DNA of 64,000 bases, taken from NCBI RefSeq assembly GCF_009914755.1, contig NC_060941.1; one strand, written 5' to 3'. Positions 19,312-45,243 of the stretch are shown here, one piece after another; position 1 is the stretch's first letter; each line of letters starts with the position of its first letter. The position numbers and the translations under genes were made by a program. A model generated the notes under the pieces. The model did not search any database. It was given only the letters and a program-made list of their open reading frames with translations, and was not told where the DNA came from. The DNA comes from the human T2T-CHM13v2.0 reference genome, Homo sapiens.

Positions 19312-19393
19312 CTCTGGAGGACATGGCACCAGCTGCAGTTGAAGGTCAGGTCTGAGGACATGCAGGCGTCACAGCTCCTATGCTGCAGGCAGG
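19312..19393 (-). CDS. PLXDC1: PLXDC1 exon 9 ([27 protein letters not shown]), first half of the PSI domain
   Basis: 82 nt; gcag|CC and AG|gtttgt (weak donor); phase 1-2; PSI cysteine pattern CxxxxxCxxC...CxWC. Confidence 0.96.
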
Positions 19394-20049
19394 CTGCAAG
19401 AGAGAAGGCAGTGGCCGCTCAGCACCGAGCCTCTCCTTGGGCTCCAAAGGGTGCAACTCTGAATTCCTGGTATTTACAGAACTATGGAGCCCCTGACTTT
19501 GAGGAGACCTTTAAGGTCATTAATGCCACCTCCCTTGGTCCAGTCTAGCCCCAATTCCTAACTTCTTTTTTTAAGGGATGAGGTCTCGCTGTGTTGCCCA
19601 GGTTGGTGTGTGATGACCTGATCATGGCTCACTATAGCCTCGAACTTCTGGGTTCAAGTGATCCTCCTGCCTCAGCCTCCCCACCATCTCTTCCTCCCTC
19701 CCTACCTACCTTCCTTTTTTCCTTCTTCTGTCCCTCACTCCCTTGTTCCCTGCCTCCCTCGCTTCCTCCCTCCCTAGCTTCCTTCCTTCTCACTAGAAGG
19801 TCAGGCCCTAAACTGGGTGCTGGGGATTCAGCAGTGAGACCTAGTCCCTGCCTTCTTAGGGCTTAGACTCATATGGGGACACAGACACTAAACAGATAAT
19901 CAAAAATCACTACAGAATTAGAACTGTCACGAGGTCTATGACGGCAAATCACAAGGTGCTGTAAGTGTGTACAAAGGAATCTCACCTAGTCGGAGACATT
20001 ATACTTTCAGGTGTGTATCCCACAGTCAAAGGGTTGAAAGGGATTTTTT

Positions 20050-20325
20050 AAAGGTCAGAGCATACAAAGTAGCAGGTATGTAGGATGAACAAGGCTAGAA
20101 TCTACTGTATAACATGAGGACTGTAGGTAATAAAATTGTACTGTATGTGGAGTTCATGCTAAATGAGTAGATTTTAGCTGCTCTTGCCACAAGAACAAAA
20201 AATCTAAGGGAACTGTGAGATGATGGATATGTTAACTGCTTCATCATGGTAACCATCTCACTGTCTATATGCATCCCATAGCATCATGCTGTATACCTGA
20301 AATATGTACAATAAAAGTTATTGTT
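20050..20325 (+). mobile_element. L1M 3' end fragment
   Basis: gtgagatgatggatatgttaa...atgctgtatacctgaaatatgtacaataaaa. Confidence 0.75.
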
Positions 20326-20665
20326 TTAAAAGATGCTCTGGTTGCCCCCAGTGCTTGTTGGGGGCACTCACTGCCCACTCCTGATGTTCGGTCCATGGGG
20401 AGAAAACAGCTCTCCTGGGAGAGAAGAAGTCAAGGCAGAAAGGTCCCATGTGCAGAGCCGAGAGGGGAACGGCCCAGACGTGATCCCAGCAGCAGCCAGA
20501 ACTGCTACCAGGCTGCACAGAGTGAAGGGGCTGGAATTAGTACGAATGAAGAGGGAGCGACAGCTGGGGCCCAGCCTGGGCAGGACAGAGCCAGAGAACA
20601 GAGAGATTAGTGGGACCAGGTTGCTGGAGGGCGCGTGAACCCTTCTGGCACAGGCCAGGCACAGG

Positions 20666-21143
20666 AGCAGCAGGGCAGGGGGCGCAGTAGGCACGGGGGC
20701 TGGATTTAAGAGCTGTTCACTTGCAATCCAGTGCTACTCACTTGAATGAACCAGATGACCTCTGAGCGGCAAGTAGCTGTCACAAAGCCCGTATATTTGA
20801 TTGCAAAGAGAGACAGGCACTCACCCAGAACAACTGTGTGCAGAAGGGCTTATCTTATAAGCAACAGAACAGAACACCTTGATAGCCACAAGAAGTGACA
20901 ACTAACAACAGAAAAATGACCACTCATTTGATCAACATTGCATGTGTTTCTTCCTGTGTGAATTCTCATGTGATCCATTAACTCAGGAGCCAATGTGCAT
21001 TACATGGAGCCCCAGCAAGATGGCAGCTGGGAACCAGCCCTGGGTGAGTGGGAGAGAGGCTGCATGGGCACAGTGTGGCCACCTTCAGTCACTCTGGGAG
21101 GGACTGGCAGTGGGTGGCACTGTGTCCTTTTGTCTGCCGTGGT
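20666..21143. repeat. Long inverted repeat, arm B (intron 8)
   Basis: Reverse complement of 9359-9836. Confidence 0.97.
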
Positions 21144-22124
21144 GTTGAAGGCCCTGGGAGAGTGGATGGAAAGAGCCATGGGCAGGAAAGAAGCAGGGGC
21201 TGCCCTGTGCAGGAGGATGAGCACTCTCTGGCTGTTTTGTTCCCTGTGTATCCAGAGGGTCTGGAACAGTGCCTGGCACATGGTATGTCGAATCAATATA
21301 TAAGTGCTCTTGTTATCCCCATTTTATGGAGGAGGGAACTGAGGCTTGGAGAGAGTCGTGGAGCTGACAGTGAGAGGTCTGGGTTTGAACCAAGGTCTGT
21401 TTGAACATAGAGATCGAGCTCTTAGCCTTGAGGTCTCACTGTGGGTTTCCCCTGCCCCTTCCTCAGCTCTCACTCCCACCCCAGGCCACTTTTTTATGGG
21501 TCTCTCCTAGAAGAGGGACCAGGAGGGACCAGCTACAGAATACGATGGCTTGGAGATAAGCCACTCACCCCTCTGAAGTAATCTGGACAAGTCCTTCCCA
21601 CACCCAAATGGTAAGGGAGAAGCCAGGGGATACAGAGAGTTTTCTCCCTATCTGGTTTCCCAGGGGCTCAAATCACAGCCTTGATAGCATTACCCCTCCT
21701 TCACCAGCTGCTTCCAGGTGGGAGCCCTGCCCTTGCCTTTCCCAGTGACTTTGGAGGCCCCTTAAAAGACTCCAGTCAAACTGGCCACAGAGAAACTCCT
21801 GGGATCCTCCTGGGGTATTCATAACACCTACTGACCTTTATTTCTCATCAACATTTCAGATGGCCTGAATGCTATTAAATGCTCACAAAATTCACCGGAG
21901 GGGTGAGAAGTACCTTAAATGTACAGTGTCCCAGAAATGCATTCCCAAAACATTTCACTGCTTCCACCCAGGCAGTCAGCCCTGCCCTTGGATGTCCTTG
22001 CTCCTAAATGCAGTTTTATCCACATCATAGAGGCTAAGGTTTGCTCTCACCAGTCCTCGAGGAACCCTGGTTCTCAGGCCCTGAGCCTTCTGCCCCGATG
22101 GAGAGTGATAGGGTTGGGGTATGG

Positions 22125-22184
22125 CTGTGACCTCTAAAGTGTCCCAGCCCTGTGACCCCTAAAGTGTCCCAGCCCTGTGACCCC
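22125..22184 (+). repeat. 25-bp tandem repeat, ~2.4 copies (CTGTGACCYCTAAAGTGTCCCAGCC)
   Basis: Read directly from the sequence. Confidence 0.9.
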
Positions 22185-22364
22185 CTGGTGTCTGAGTCCT
22201 TTCTGTTGTCCAGGGAAAGACACCTGCTGAGCCCTGTCTGAGACATGGCCTAGCATTTGAGAAGATCCTCCCTCCTTCTCTTCCTCTTCCTTCTCCACCC
22301 CCTGCTCTCAGGACCTCCAAGGAAGAGGAAGCAGGGGTAAAGAGAGGCAAGAAATGCCACTGAA

Positions 22365-22750
<386 letters not shown>

Positions 22751-23455
22751 AAATGCCACTGAGGCAGGGAGAAGGCCATGGCTTCAGCAGGAAGCTGGGG
22801 GCACCACAAGATGGGAGAGGAAATGAAGACCTTCATAAAACAACAAGAAGGAAGATGCTGTACTCCTTCCCGCAGTCTCAGCTGTCCCAGCCCCATCCCG
22901 AAGAGCATCCACCGCGGATCCTGTGGGCTCCACAACAGCAGGTGGCTGCCTTCAGCATGGGTGAGTGGGGTGCAGAGGGCCAGGGTCCCATGGTTTATGG
23001 AGGCCACCTGCTAAGTCCCTCCATTGCCTCCTGCCTGTGGACCGCAGCATCACCTCCTCTAAGGAGAATACAGTGACAAACTGAGGCCCGTCTAGTTCCT
23101 GGATCACCTTTTCTGGGGGCTCAGTCTAGGCGTTCTCAGAGGTACAGCTTTCCCGGGTTTCAATTATGTGGGAATAACAATAGCTGTCCTAGATCAAGCC
23201 CTAACCCCCACCCCAAACCCAGAATGGACCCATCAATGTCAGAGCTGCGGCCGATGTGCTCAACTCCACCTAGGTGGTTCTCACCCTTACCCTATCTCTG
23301 GGAGGGAGGTGGCATCAGGCTCGGGTTACAAAAGAGAGATGGAGGGCCCCGAAAAGTTAGGTGGCTGCACAAAACAGGAGTCAGTCATGGGCCTGGGACA
23401 TGAAGCCAGTCTGCTTGACTCCAGAGCTCTTTCTGGGATGGCGGAATGACCCCTA

Positions 23456-23752
<297 letters not shown>

Positions 23753-24274
23753 CTAAGTGACTCAACGCAGAGACCTGGCTGCTCTTGGGGGCAGGACAAA
23801 TGGGATCCCATGCTTGCTTCTCCTTGCCTCTGCGCCTTCACAACTGCTATTCCCCTGACCCAAGATGTTCTTCCACCCCTTCTTCCTGTCTAGCTCATCC
23901 TTGCAGATCTAGCTCAAGGGCCACTTCCCCTGAGCAGCCCTCCTTGGCCAGCTCCCTCCTCTGCCTGGCTCAGGCCAGGTGCCCCCCTCCCACTGCACTC
24001 ACCACACTGTGGACATGAGGGTCTATTTGGAGGCTGGGGATGTGTGAGACCATGATCATCTGGTCCTGAACCTCGCTGAGTGCTCTGTGAATGTCTGCAG
24101 ATGGACAGGCTGACTTTTGCATGTTGCTGTCCACCATCCACCTCACCCCTCCTGGACAAATCCCCCAGCAAGGCTCAGGGCTTGCAGCCAGGCTCGAGTC
24201 CTACTTTGGTCCCTGCAGAAACTTCTCACAGGACCTCAGAGTCAGGAGATCCAAGTTCGTTCTAGTTCTGCTCA

Positions 24275-25460
<1,186 letters not shown>

Positions 25461-25618
25461 AGGTGGGGACATACGTTTCTCGCTCGGCTGAAGGTGGTTT
25501 GGAGGAAAATTTCCCAAGGTGGCAGAAGAGCTGAGTAGGGGCATCCACAAAGGGGTGGGCGTCCCGTGCCACTGCTGGGTGCCCCACCCCCACATCCCCT
25601 CCTATGTAAGGAACCTAG

Positions 25619-34094
<8,476 letters not shown>

Positions 34095-35674
34095 TTAAGA
34101 TTCCCAGACTTCCTGAATTTTATGCTTGTTCCCGTAAGCTAAAAACCTCTGACAAAAAGGGATGCAATTTCCAAAACACTCAACTCCCAAACTCAAGTGG
34201 TGTCAGACCCCTGTTCTCACCTAGAGTCACAATAGAGCAGAGGACAAGGTCTATGCTATGTCCATTCCCTTCAGCGGTGCCCTAACCCCAGCAACTAGGT
34301 CCACTTTCTTGTAGTTACTCATTTTCTAAAAATGTTAGTGCCTGCCCACTGGGCTCACTGCTGGGGGCCATAGAGAGCCCCCAAGGAATTCACACCTAGC
34401 TGGGGAGGACAATAAGTTCTATGTTAAGAGTATCAGCATTTGTTCTCGCCACCACTAGAAAGAAAAGAAGAAGAAGAAAAAAGTATCAGCGAAGTGCCGG
34501 GGGGAAGAAGAGGAAGCCGTGAATTCCACTGCATGGCGGAGTGGTTACTTGCACAGCATCTGACCTGGGCCGCTGGAGAGGGAGAATGGTGCCAAGCAGT
34601 AAAAAAGATTGGAGTAAGAGGCGTTTTATACAAGGGGACTGTGTCATACCGATGTGGACAGCCCTTAGCATGTTCAGGGAACCCAGGGGACACAGACCAG
34701 AGCTCCCCAGGCAGAGGGCGGTGAGCGGAGGGAGGGTTTGGAAATGCGCCTGCGTGGTTGACTGCACCCAGCTGTGCCCGGCCTTGAATGCCACACTGAG
34801 GATTTTGACCTGACCTGTGGGCAGCAAGGAGTCAGAGAGTGATGTGATCGGATCTGATGGTGACAAGGAGGAACAGGAGACAGAGGGAAGGAGGACGAGG
34901 CTGGGAGCTGCTGGCAGTGTCTGGGGGTCAGGTGCTGGCTTTCACCTGGCAGGTAGACCCAACACCTCAGCACACAGCACCTGGAGTCAGACTCCAACCG
35001 CTCCCACCACCGAGATTTCCTCCTGATCCTGCAGAGCAGACATAGCCTCCCTGCTCTTTCAGGTGGGTTGTGCTTCCCCGCCCCCTTCACCCCTCATCTC
35101 TCTGGTTTGCTCTAAAGGGGCTTCTCATTCCAGAATCACAGAGGAGCCTCAGAGGCAGATGCTACCGGGGATCTGACCCCCTCTAATTCACCCTCATTCC
35201 ACAGCTTGATCAGGCACACGTTTCCTGAGACTCTGCCTGGAAGAAGCCCTTGAGGGAGGTGCAGATGAAACAGACACATCCCTGCCCCGACAGTGGGCTC
35301 AGTAATGTACATGGGATGCAGGATAGGGAAGGAAATAAGGCACAGACACCAAGAACAGTCCCAAGAAGCAGCCTGGGGAGTTTGCACACCCCACTCTGTG
35401 GGTGTTTGGGGGAGCTGAGGAGGAAAAGATTCCCCTGGGTGGAATGGGAGTGGGTCAGTCTAAGAAAGGCTCAGTGGTGGACTCCAGGATTTAAATGGAG
35501 AAGATCTGGACTTGAATTCTTCCTTTCATAGCTGTGTGACCAAGGATAAGTCACTCTACCTCTCTGAACATTTGTGTCCTCATTTAGAAAGGGACAAATG
35601 TACAAACTCACAATGTTTGGGGAAGATCCAAGACACTGTCCAGCTTAGTGCATGGGAAAGAGGATTATAATCAG

Positions 35675-36568
35675 TGTGGTAGGCAGACGCTAGCATGGCC
35701 CCCAGAGAGCCTCTACGGTGGCTGCCTGGTATCCACACCCAGGTGCAATCCAGTCCCTGAGCGTAGACTGGATCTGTGACTTGGTTCTAGCCAGCGGAAT
35801 GTGGCAAAAAAGATAGGATGTTACATCTAAAATTAAGCTATAAAAAGACCCTGGTTTGCGTCTTCCTCGCCCTCTGCTTTTGTCTCGCTTGCCTGCTCTG
35901 ATGGAAGCCAGCTGCCATATCATGGGGAAGTTTACCAGGCAAGGAGCCAAAGAAGGCCTCCTTGGGGAACTGAATCCTGAATTCTGAATCCTGAATCCTG
36001 CCAAACCACATGAAAGCTCTGAAGCCGGTCCCAACCCTCCCCACCTGCCACCCCATCACGGGGGTAACTGTGACCCTGGCTAACACTTTTTTTCTTTTTT
36101 TTGAGACAGAGTTTCACTCTTTCACCCAGTGAAATCGTGAGTGAGTGGTGTGAGGAGTGAGGTGGTGCGATCTCAGCTCACTGCAAGCTCCGCCCCTCGG
36201 GTTCAAGCGATTCTCCTGCCTCAGCCTCCCAAGTAGCTGGGATTATAGGTACCCATCACCACACCCAGCTAACTTTTGTATTTTTAGTAAGGATGGGGTT
36301 TCGACATATTGGCCAGGCTGGTCTCAAACTCCTGACCTCAGGAGATCCCCTGCCTTGGCCTCCCAAAGAACTGAGATTATGGGCGTGAGCCACCGTGCCT
36401 GGCCGCTGGCTAACACTTCAGTCGCAGCCTGTGAAAGACCTTGAATGAGAGGTCCTGGCTGAATTGTGCTTTGCTTCCTGATCCATAAAAACTCTGAGAT
36501 AATATGTTGCAGTTTTAAGCCACTAAATTCTGGAGCAATTTGTTATACAGCTGTAGCTAACTAATGCA
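35675..36568 (+). mobile_element. MaLR LTR (MLT1E/F-like) interrupted by an Alu (~36088-36404, -)
   Basis: TG...CA ends with near-TSD atcag/accag; MLT1 3' motif ttttaagccactaaattctggagcaatttgttatacag; Alu TSD CTGGCTAACACTT. Confidence 0.8.
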
Positions 36569-38219
36569 ACCAGGTGATACGGAGATGATTTAACAACTGG
36601 CTCAACACAGGCGTTTACCAACCAGTCAGAGCAGATGCTGCCTGCAGCCATGGAGCCAGGTCCTGGAGCCCAGGCTGTAATACTTGATAGAGGACTGGGA
36701 GCGCAGGGGGCTAAGGGGAGGGCAGGAGGGGTCGTGGGAGGTACGAGGGGGCTCAAATCAGCAGCAATTTGCCAACAAGAATGCAAGTATTTCAATATTT
36801 TGACAACTGATACAACTGTAGTGGGGTGCACTGACTCTCAGCCCAGGATCTAATATCTAGGGTTGGAAATGGGCCTTAAAGGATAAGGTGATATCCACAG
36901 GGCCCCATGGCATGGAGCAAGGGAAGCCACACATTGGAGCTGAAGGAAGAGTTTTCTGCTGTCGCCGCTTGTGTGCAGTTTCAAAGACTGCTCCATACAC
37001 ATATGGCAAAGACAGGAAAACAGCTCTACTAGCTTAAAAACAGTTCCTCGTGTAGCAGCAACATAACAGAGGCACTGAAATATCAGAAACGCGCAGAAGA
37101 GTTCAAGGCCGTGTTTGAGAAAGGGAAGGAGGGAGGGACATTCACACGTATCACGTATCGAGTAGGTGCCTGCTGTCTGACAGACACCCTGCCCGGCTTT
37201 ATATCCAAGTCTAGGCCACTGGGGCACAAAGGCCTCATGAGGAGCCATGTGGTATGGGTGGCAATGAGCCACAGCATCCAGGACAGTTTTGTGGAAGAAA
37301 GGAGACAGAGGGCACGGGGCCCTAAAAAGGGAGACGGAGAAGAAGGGAAGGGAGGGTGAGGTGCGAGCCCCACACTTCTGTGGCAGGCTAGGCCTGGGGT
37401 ACAGCCACCAGCCAACGGGCCCATGGATCAAGACTATAACCCACCCAAATGCTGACCAGGGAGGAGGGATTCCTTATTTGCCGCTTAGCAGTGGGCGCGT
37501 TGCCCTCAAGCCACCAGAGCCATTTGCTCCCAGAACCATAAGCCGGGACCACCCTAGTTATGCTGAGAGCTGAATTAGTCCCAAGTAGAAGCAGCAAAAA
37601 CTTGACCACAAAACTCCTTTCTAGTAGCATATGCAAATCAGATGCCCCTCCACTCCGATGCCCTGCCCTCTGCCATCTCCCTCGATATCATGCAGTGTTG
37701 CGTGGGAAGGGTGTCTAGCGGCTGGCCCTACCGAGAGGTGGTATGCTTCGGGGAGCAAGTCTATGCCTGCTTACCAGCTGGGAATGCTGCAGGCAGGCAG
37801 ATATTGGGAAGAAAGAATAGAAAGGGAGGTTGTAGGAAGGTGGAGGAAGAAGAAGCTGGTGAATTTCTGAAGAGGGGAAAGAACTCCTGGCCTGTTGGGA
37901 ATTAACCAGGCCCCATTCACCAGCCCCTTGACCCTTGAGTGCCACCCACCCCACCCACAGATCTGCCCAGATGAAGGTGTGGACTGGGGCGAGATGCTTG
38001 GTGGGTGCTAACCAGCCTTTACTGGGCACCCCGCCCAAGCCAGGCACAGTGCCTGGTGCTCTGTGCATGGATATCTCAGCTAATCCTCACCACAGCCCTT
38101 GAGGTAGCTCGAGGCAACTCATTAGATGGTGACAGCTACAGCCCAGACCTTGCCTTGGGACACACGGCAAGCGAAAGAGTAGGTGACAGGCATGCCCACC
38201 TATGAGGAGGGTAAAGTGC

Positions 38220-42803
<4,584 letters not shown>

Positions 42804-43258
42804 CATGCTGCCTTCTTTCAGTGCTTTGTGCCAGCCGTGCTCTGTCCTGCCTCAGGACTTTTGCATGTGCTGTGTGCTGTTGTCTCTCCTAGAACATACT
42901 TCACTCTCCTCTTTGCTTCCTGAACTCGTATTTATCCTTCAGATTTCAACTCTTTTCCTCAGCAAAGCCTCCCCTGGCCTCTGCCAAGGTTAAGAGGTCT
43001 GTGAAAGGCTCAGCTAGCACCAGGCACCTCTACTTGGGAGCGCTTGTCACAGTGGTGATTCTACATTTGTCCCTGTAATTATTGTCCACCTCCGCAACCA
43101 GACTTACTGCTCCAAAAGGGTAGGACCCGCAAACATCTTGTTAACTGCTGTATTACCAGCAGCAAGCCCCATGCCTGGCACATTGCAAATTCTCTAAATA
43201 TTTGCTGAATGAAGAAAGGCTCCAAGACCCAGCTGTCTCTGCAGCTGGGCCCACTCAC

Positions 43259-43377
43259 CTCTTTATAGGCAAAGACAATGCGGCCGTCATGGTGCAGAGC
43301 TGCCTGGAAGGTGAAACTGCCCTTGTCTTCCCAGCCTTGGAGATAAACGTGGTCCCACTGAACCACAAAGACTGTCC
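43259..43377 (-). CDS. PLXDC1: PLXDC1 exon 6 ([40 protein letters not shown])
   Basis: 119 nt; cag|GG and GAG|gtgagt; phase 1-0. Confidence 0.97.
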
Positions 43378-43915
43378 CTGGGGAGAAGAACAGAGACCCG
43401 GCTGGACGGGAGATCATGCAAGGAGCAGGGCCCTACAGAAATGCCAGTCGGAGGGCAGCGGCCACAGGTTGGGTCCCTTCGGGATGATGGGGAAGTTTGC
43501 AAAGGTAAGGAGGCAGGAGCTGGGCAGCTCACTAAAGCAGCGCGGCTTCCAAGCAGCAGAGGAGCCAGAAGATCCTGCTTCAGCCCCAGATACTGTACTT
43601 GATCATCTCTTTCCCTTTCCTTCTTGTCTATTCTGACTCCTTGAGATAAAAGAAGGAGGAATGTCTGTTCTCCTGGATTCAGACGGGGCTCAAGGGACAT
43701 CCTGGTGAATGTAAGTAACAATAAAGGCCCCTAACATTTATTTTACCTCGACTAAGAGCCAAGCACTGTCGTTTTGTTATCTCATCAGATTCTTCTGGGT
43801 AGCAGGCATTTTTGCCCCTATCTGACAGGTCAGGAAACTGAGCAGAGAAAGGTAGGTGGCTGCTTTGCCGTGGGACTGTGGGACCCTTGCCCTCTCTAGG
43901 CCCTGTGCTCCTCTA

Positions 43916-44122
<207 letters not shown>

Positions 44123-44755
44123 TCACCAGAAATGGCCCAGAGGGGCCGCTTTGGGGGCCTTTTCCCCAAGGGCAAGAAGGGCAGCGCAGGCAGAGCTGGA
44201 AGTGAGCCTGAGACCTCTGTCGCCCATCCCCATCTGGCGGGCTCTGGGTCTGGTGTGTATGGAGCCAAAGGACCCCAGATAGGAGAAGGTCCTCCCTGTC
44301 CCTTCAGCAGGGCACAGACTATAGGGCGAGGGGGCAGGAAGAGGAGAGGACTCGCAGCTTTCCCCATCCCTGGGGAAGTGGGATGTGGAACTGAAGTGCA
44401 GGGATTAAAGACAGGTGCCTCCTATCAACAGGGAGCCTGGCCCCAGGAGCCCAAGCTCTCAGTGGAGTCTCCCTCTCCCTCTTATTCAGCAACTCCGGGA
44501 CACAGGGCTGTCCACACTGACTCGTGCTGGCCCGAGGAGACACACACGTGCAGGCACATGAGCAGGTCAGCTAATGCAAGGGAGATGCTCTGACGTCCAC
44601 TGACCCCCCTCCTGAGAATCAGACTCCTATTAGAGCCAAATGTGCCTTCCTCCCATTTCATATAACCCTGTCTCCAGTGAGCCACCCCTGGGAGGGCCCC
44701 TGAGTTCGGGCTGAGGTCTCCAGACTCTCCCCGGGGCCCCACGACGTGGCCTTAC

Positions 44756-44825
44756 CTCCAGTTGCTATGGTGATCTGCCGCAGAGGATGCCCGTAGAAAG
44801 GGAAATCAAAGGACAAGACCACTCT
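44756..44825 (-). CDS. PLXDC1: PLXDC1 exon 4 ([23 protein letters not shown]), NIDO-like ectodomain
   Basis: 70 nt; ctgcag|AGA and GGAG|gtaag; phase 0-1. Confidence 0.97.
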
Positions 44826-45099
44826 CTGCAGGGGATGGGAGAAAGTCAGCACGGGCCAAGCTGCAGGCCAGGGGCCTGGGCACCCACACTGCCTCATGCT
44901 TGTTTGGACAGAGTGGGGAGCAGGCATGCCCAGGGCCACTGCTGGGCACCCCAACTCTGGCAAAGTCCCATGGGAATCCCTGGAAGGTACCTCCCAGGTC
45001 ACAGACCTCGGGCCACAGCCATGCCCACTGACCAGGCAGGGTGGTTTGGCCCCCGGCCTCCCAGCACAGGGAAGCATGGCTGGCGACTGGGGCACTCAC

Positions 45100-45243
45100 C
45101 GAAGCCTGCCGGTGGGTGTTGGAGAGTATTGTGTGGATCTTCACTTGGCTCCGGTTGGCCTCGGCCACATCTACCCACAGTTCCCGGCTGTGGGGCTCGC
45201 TGGGGCCATAGAGACGGGACACATAATAGCTGTGGTTGTCCTC
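45100..45243 (-). CDS. PLXDC1: PLXDC1 exon 3 (aa 86-133, [14 protein letters not shown]...THRQAS)
   Basis: 144 nt; cag|GAG acceptor and TCG|gtgagt donor; translation matches recalled PLXDC1/TEM7 protein; phase 0-0. Confidence 0.97.

Noticed and set aside
20942-21148. Twin ~70-aa ORFs (M[H/C]FFLCEFSCDPLTQEPM...) in the two arms as paralogous microproteins
   Set aside because: Similarity follows from the DNA duplication itself; both run through a consensus GT donor and stop at different points just past the repeat edge.
22125-22184. Short direct repeats as a CRISPR-like array
   Set aside because: Head-to-tail units without spacers in human DNA; an ordinary minisatellite seed.
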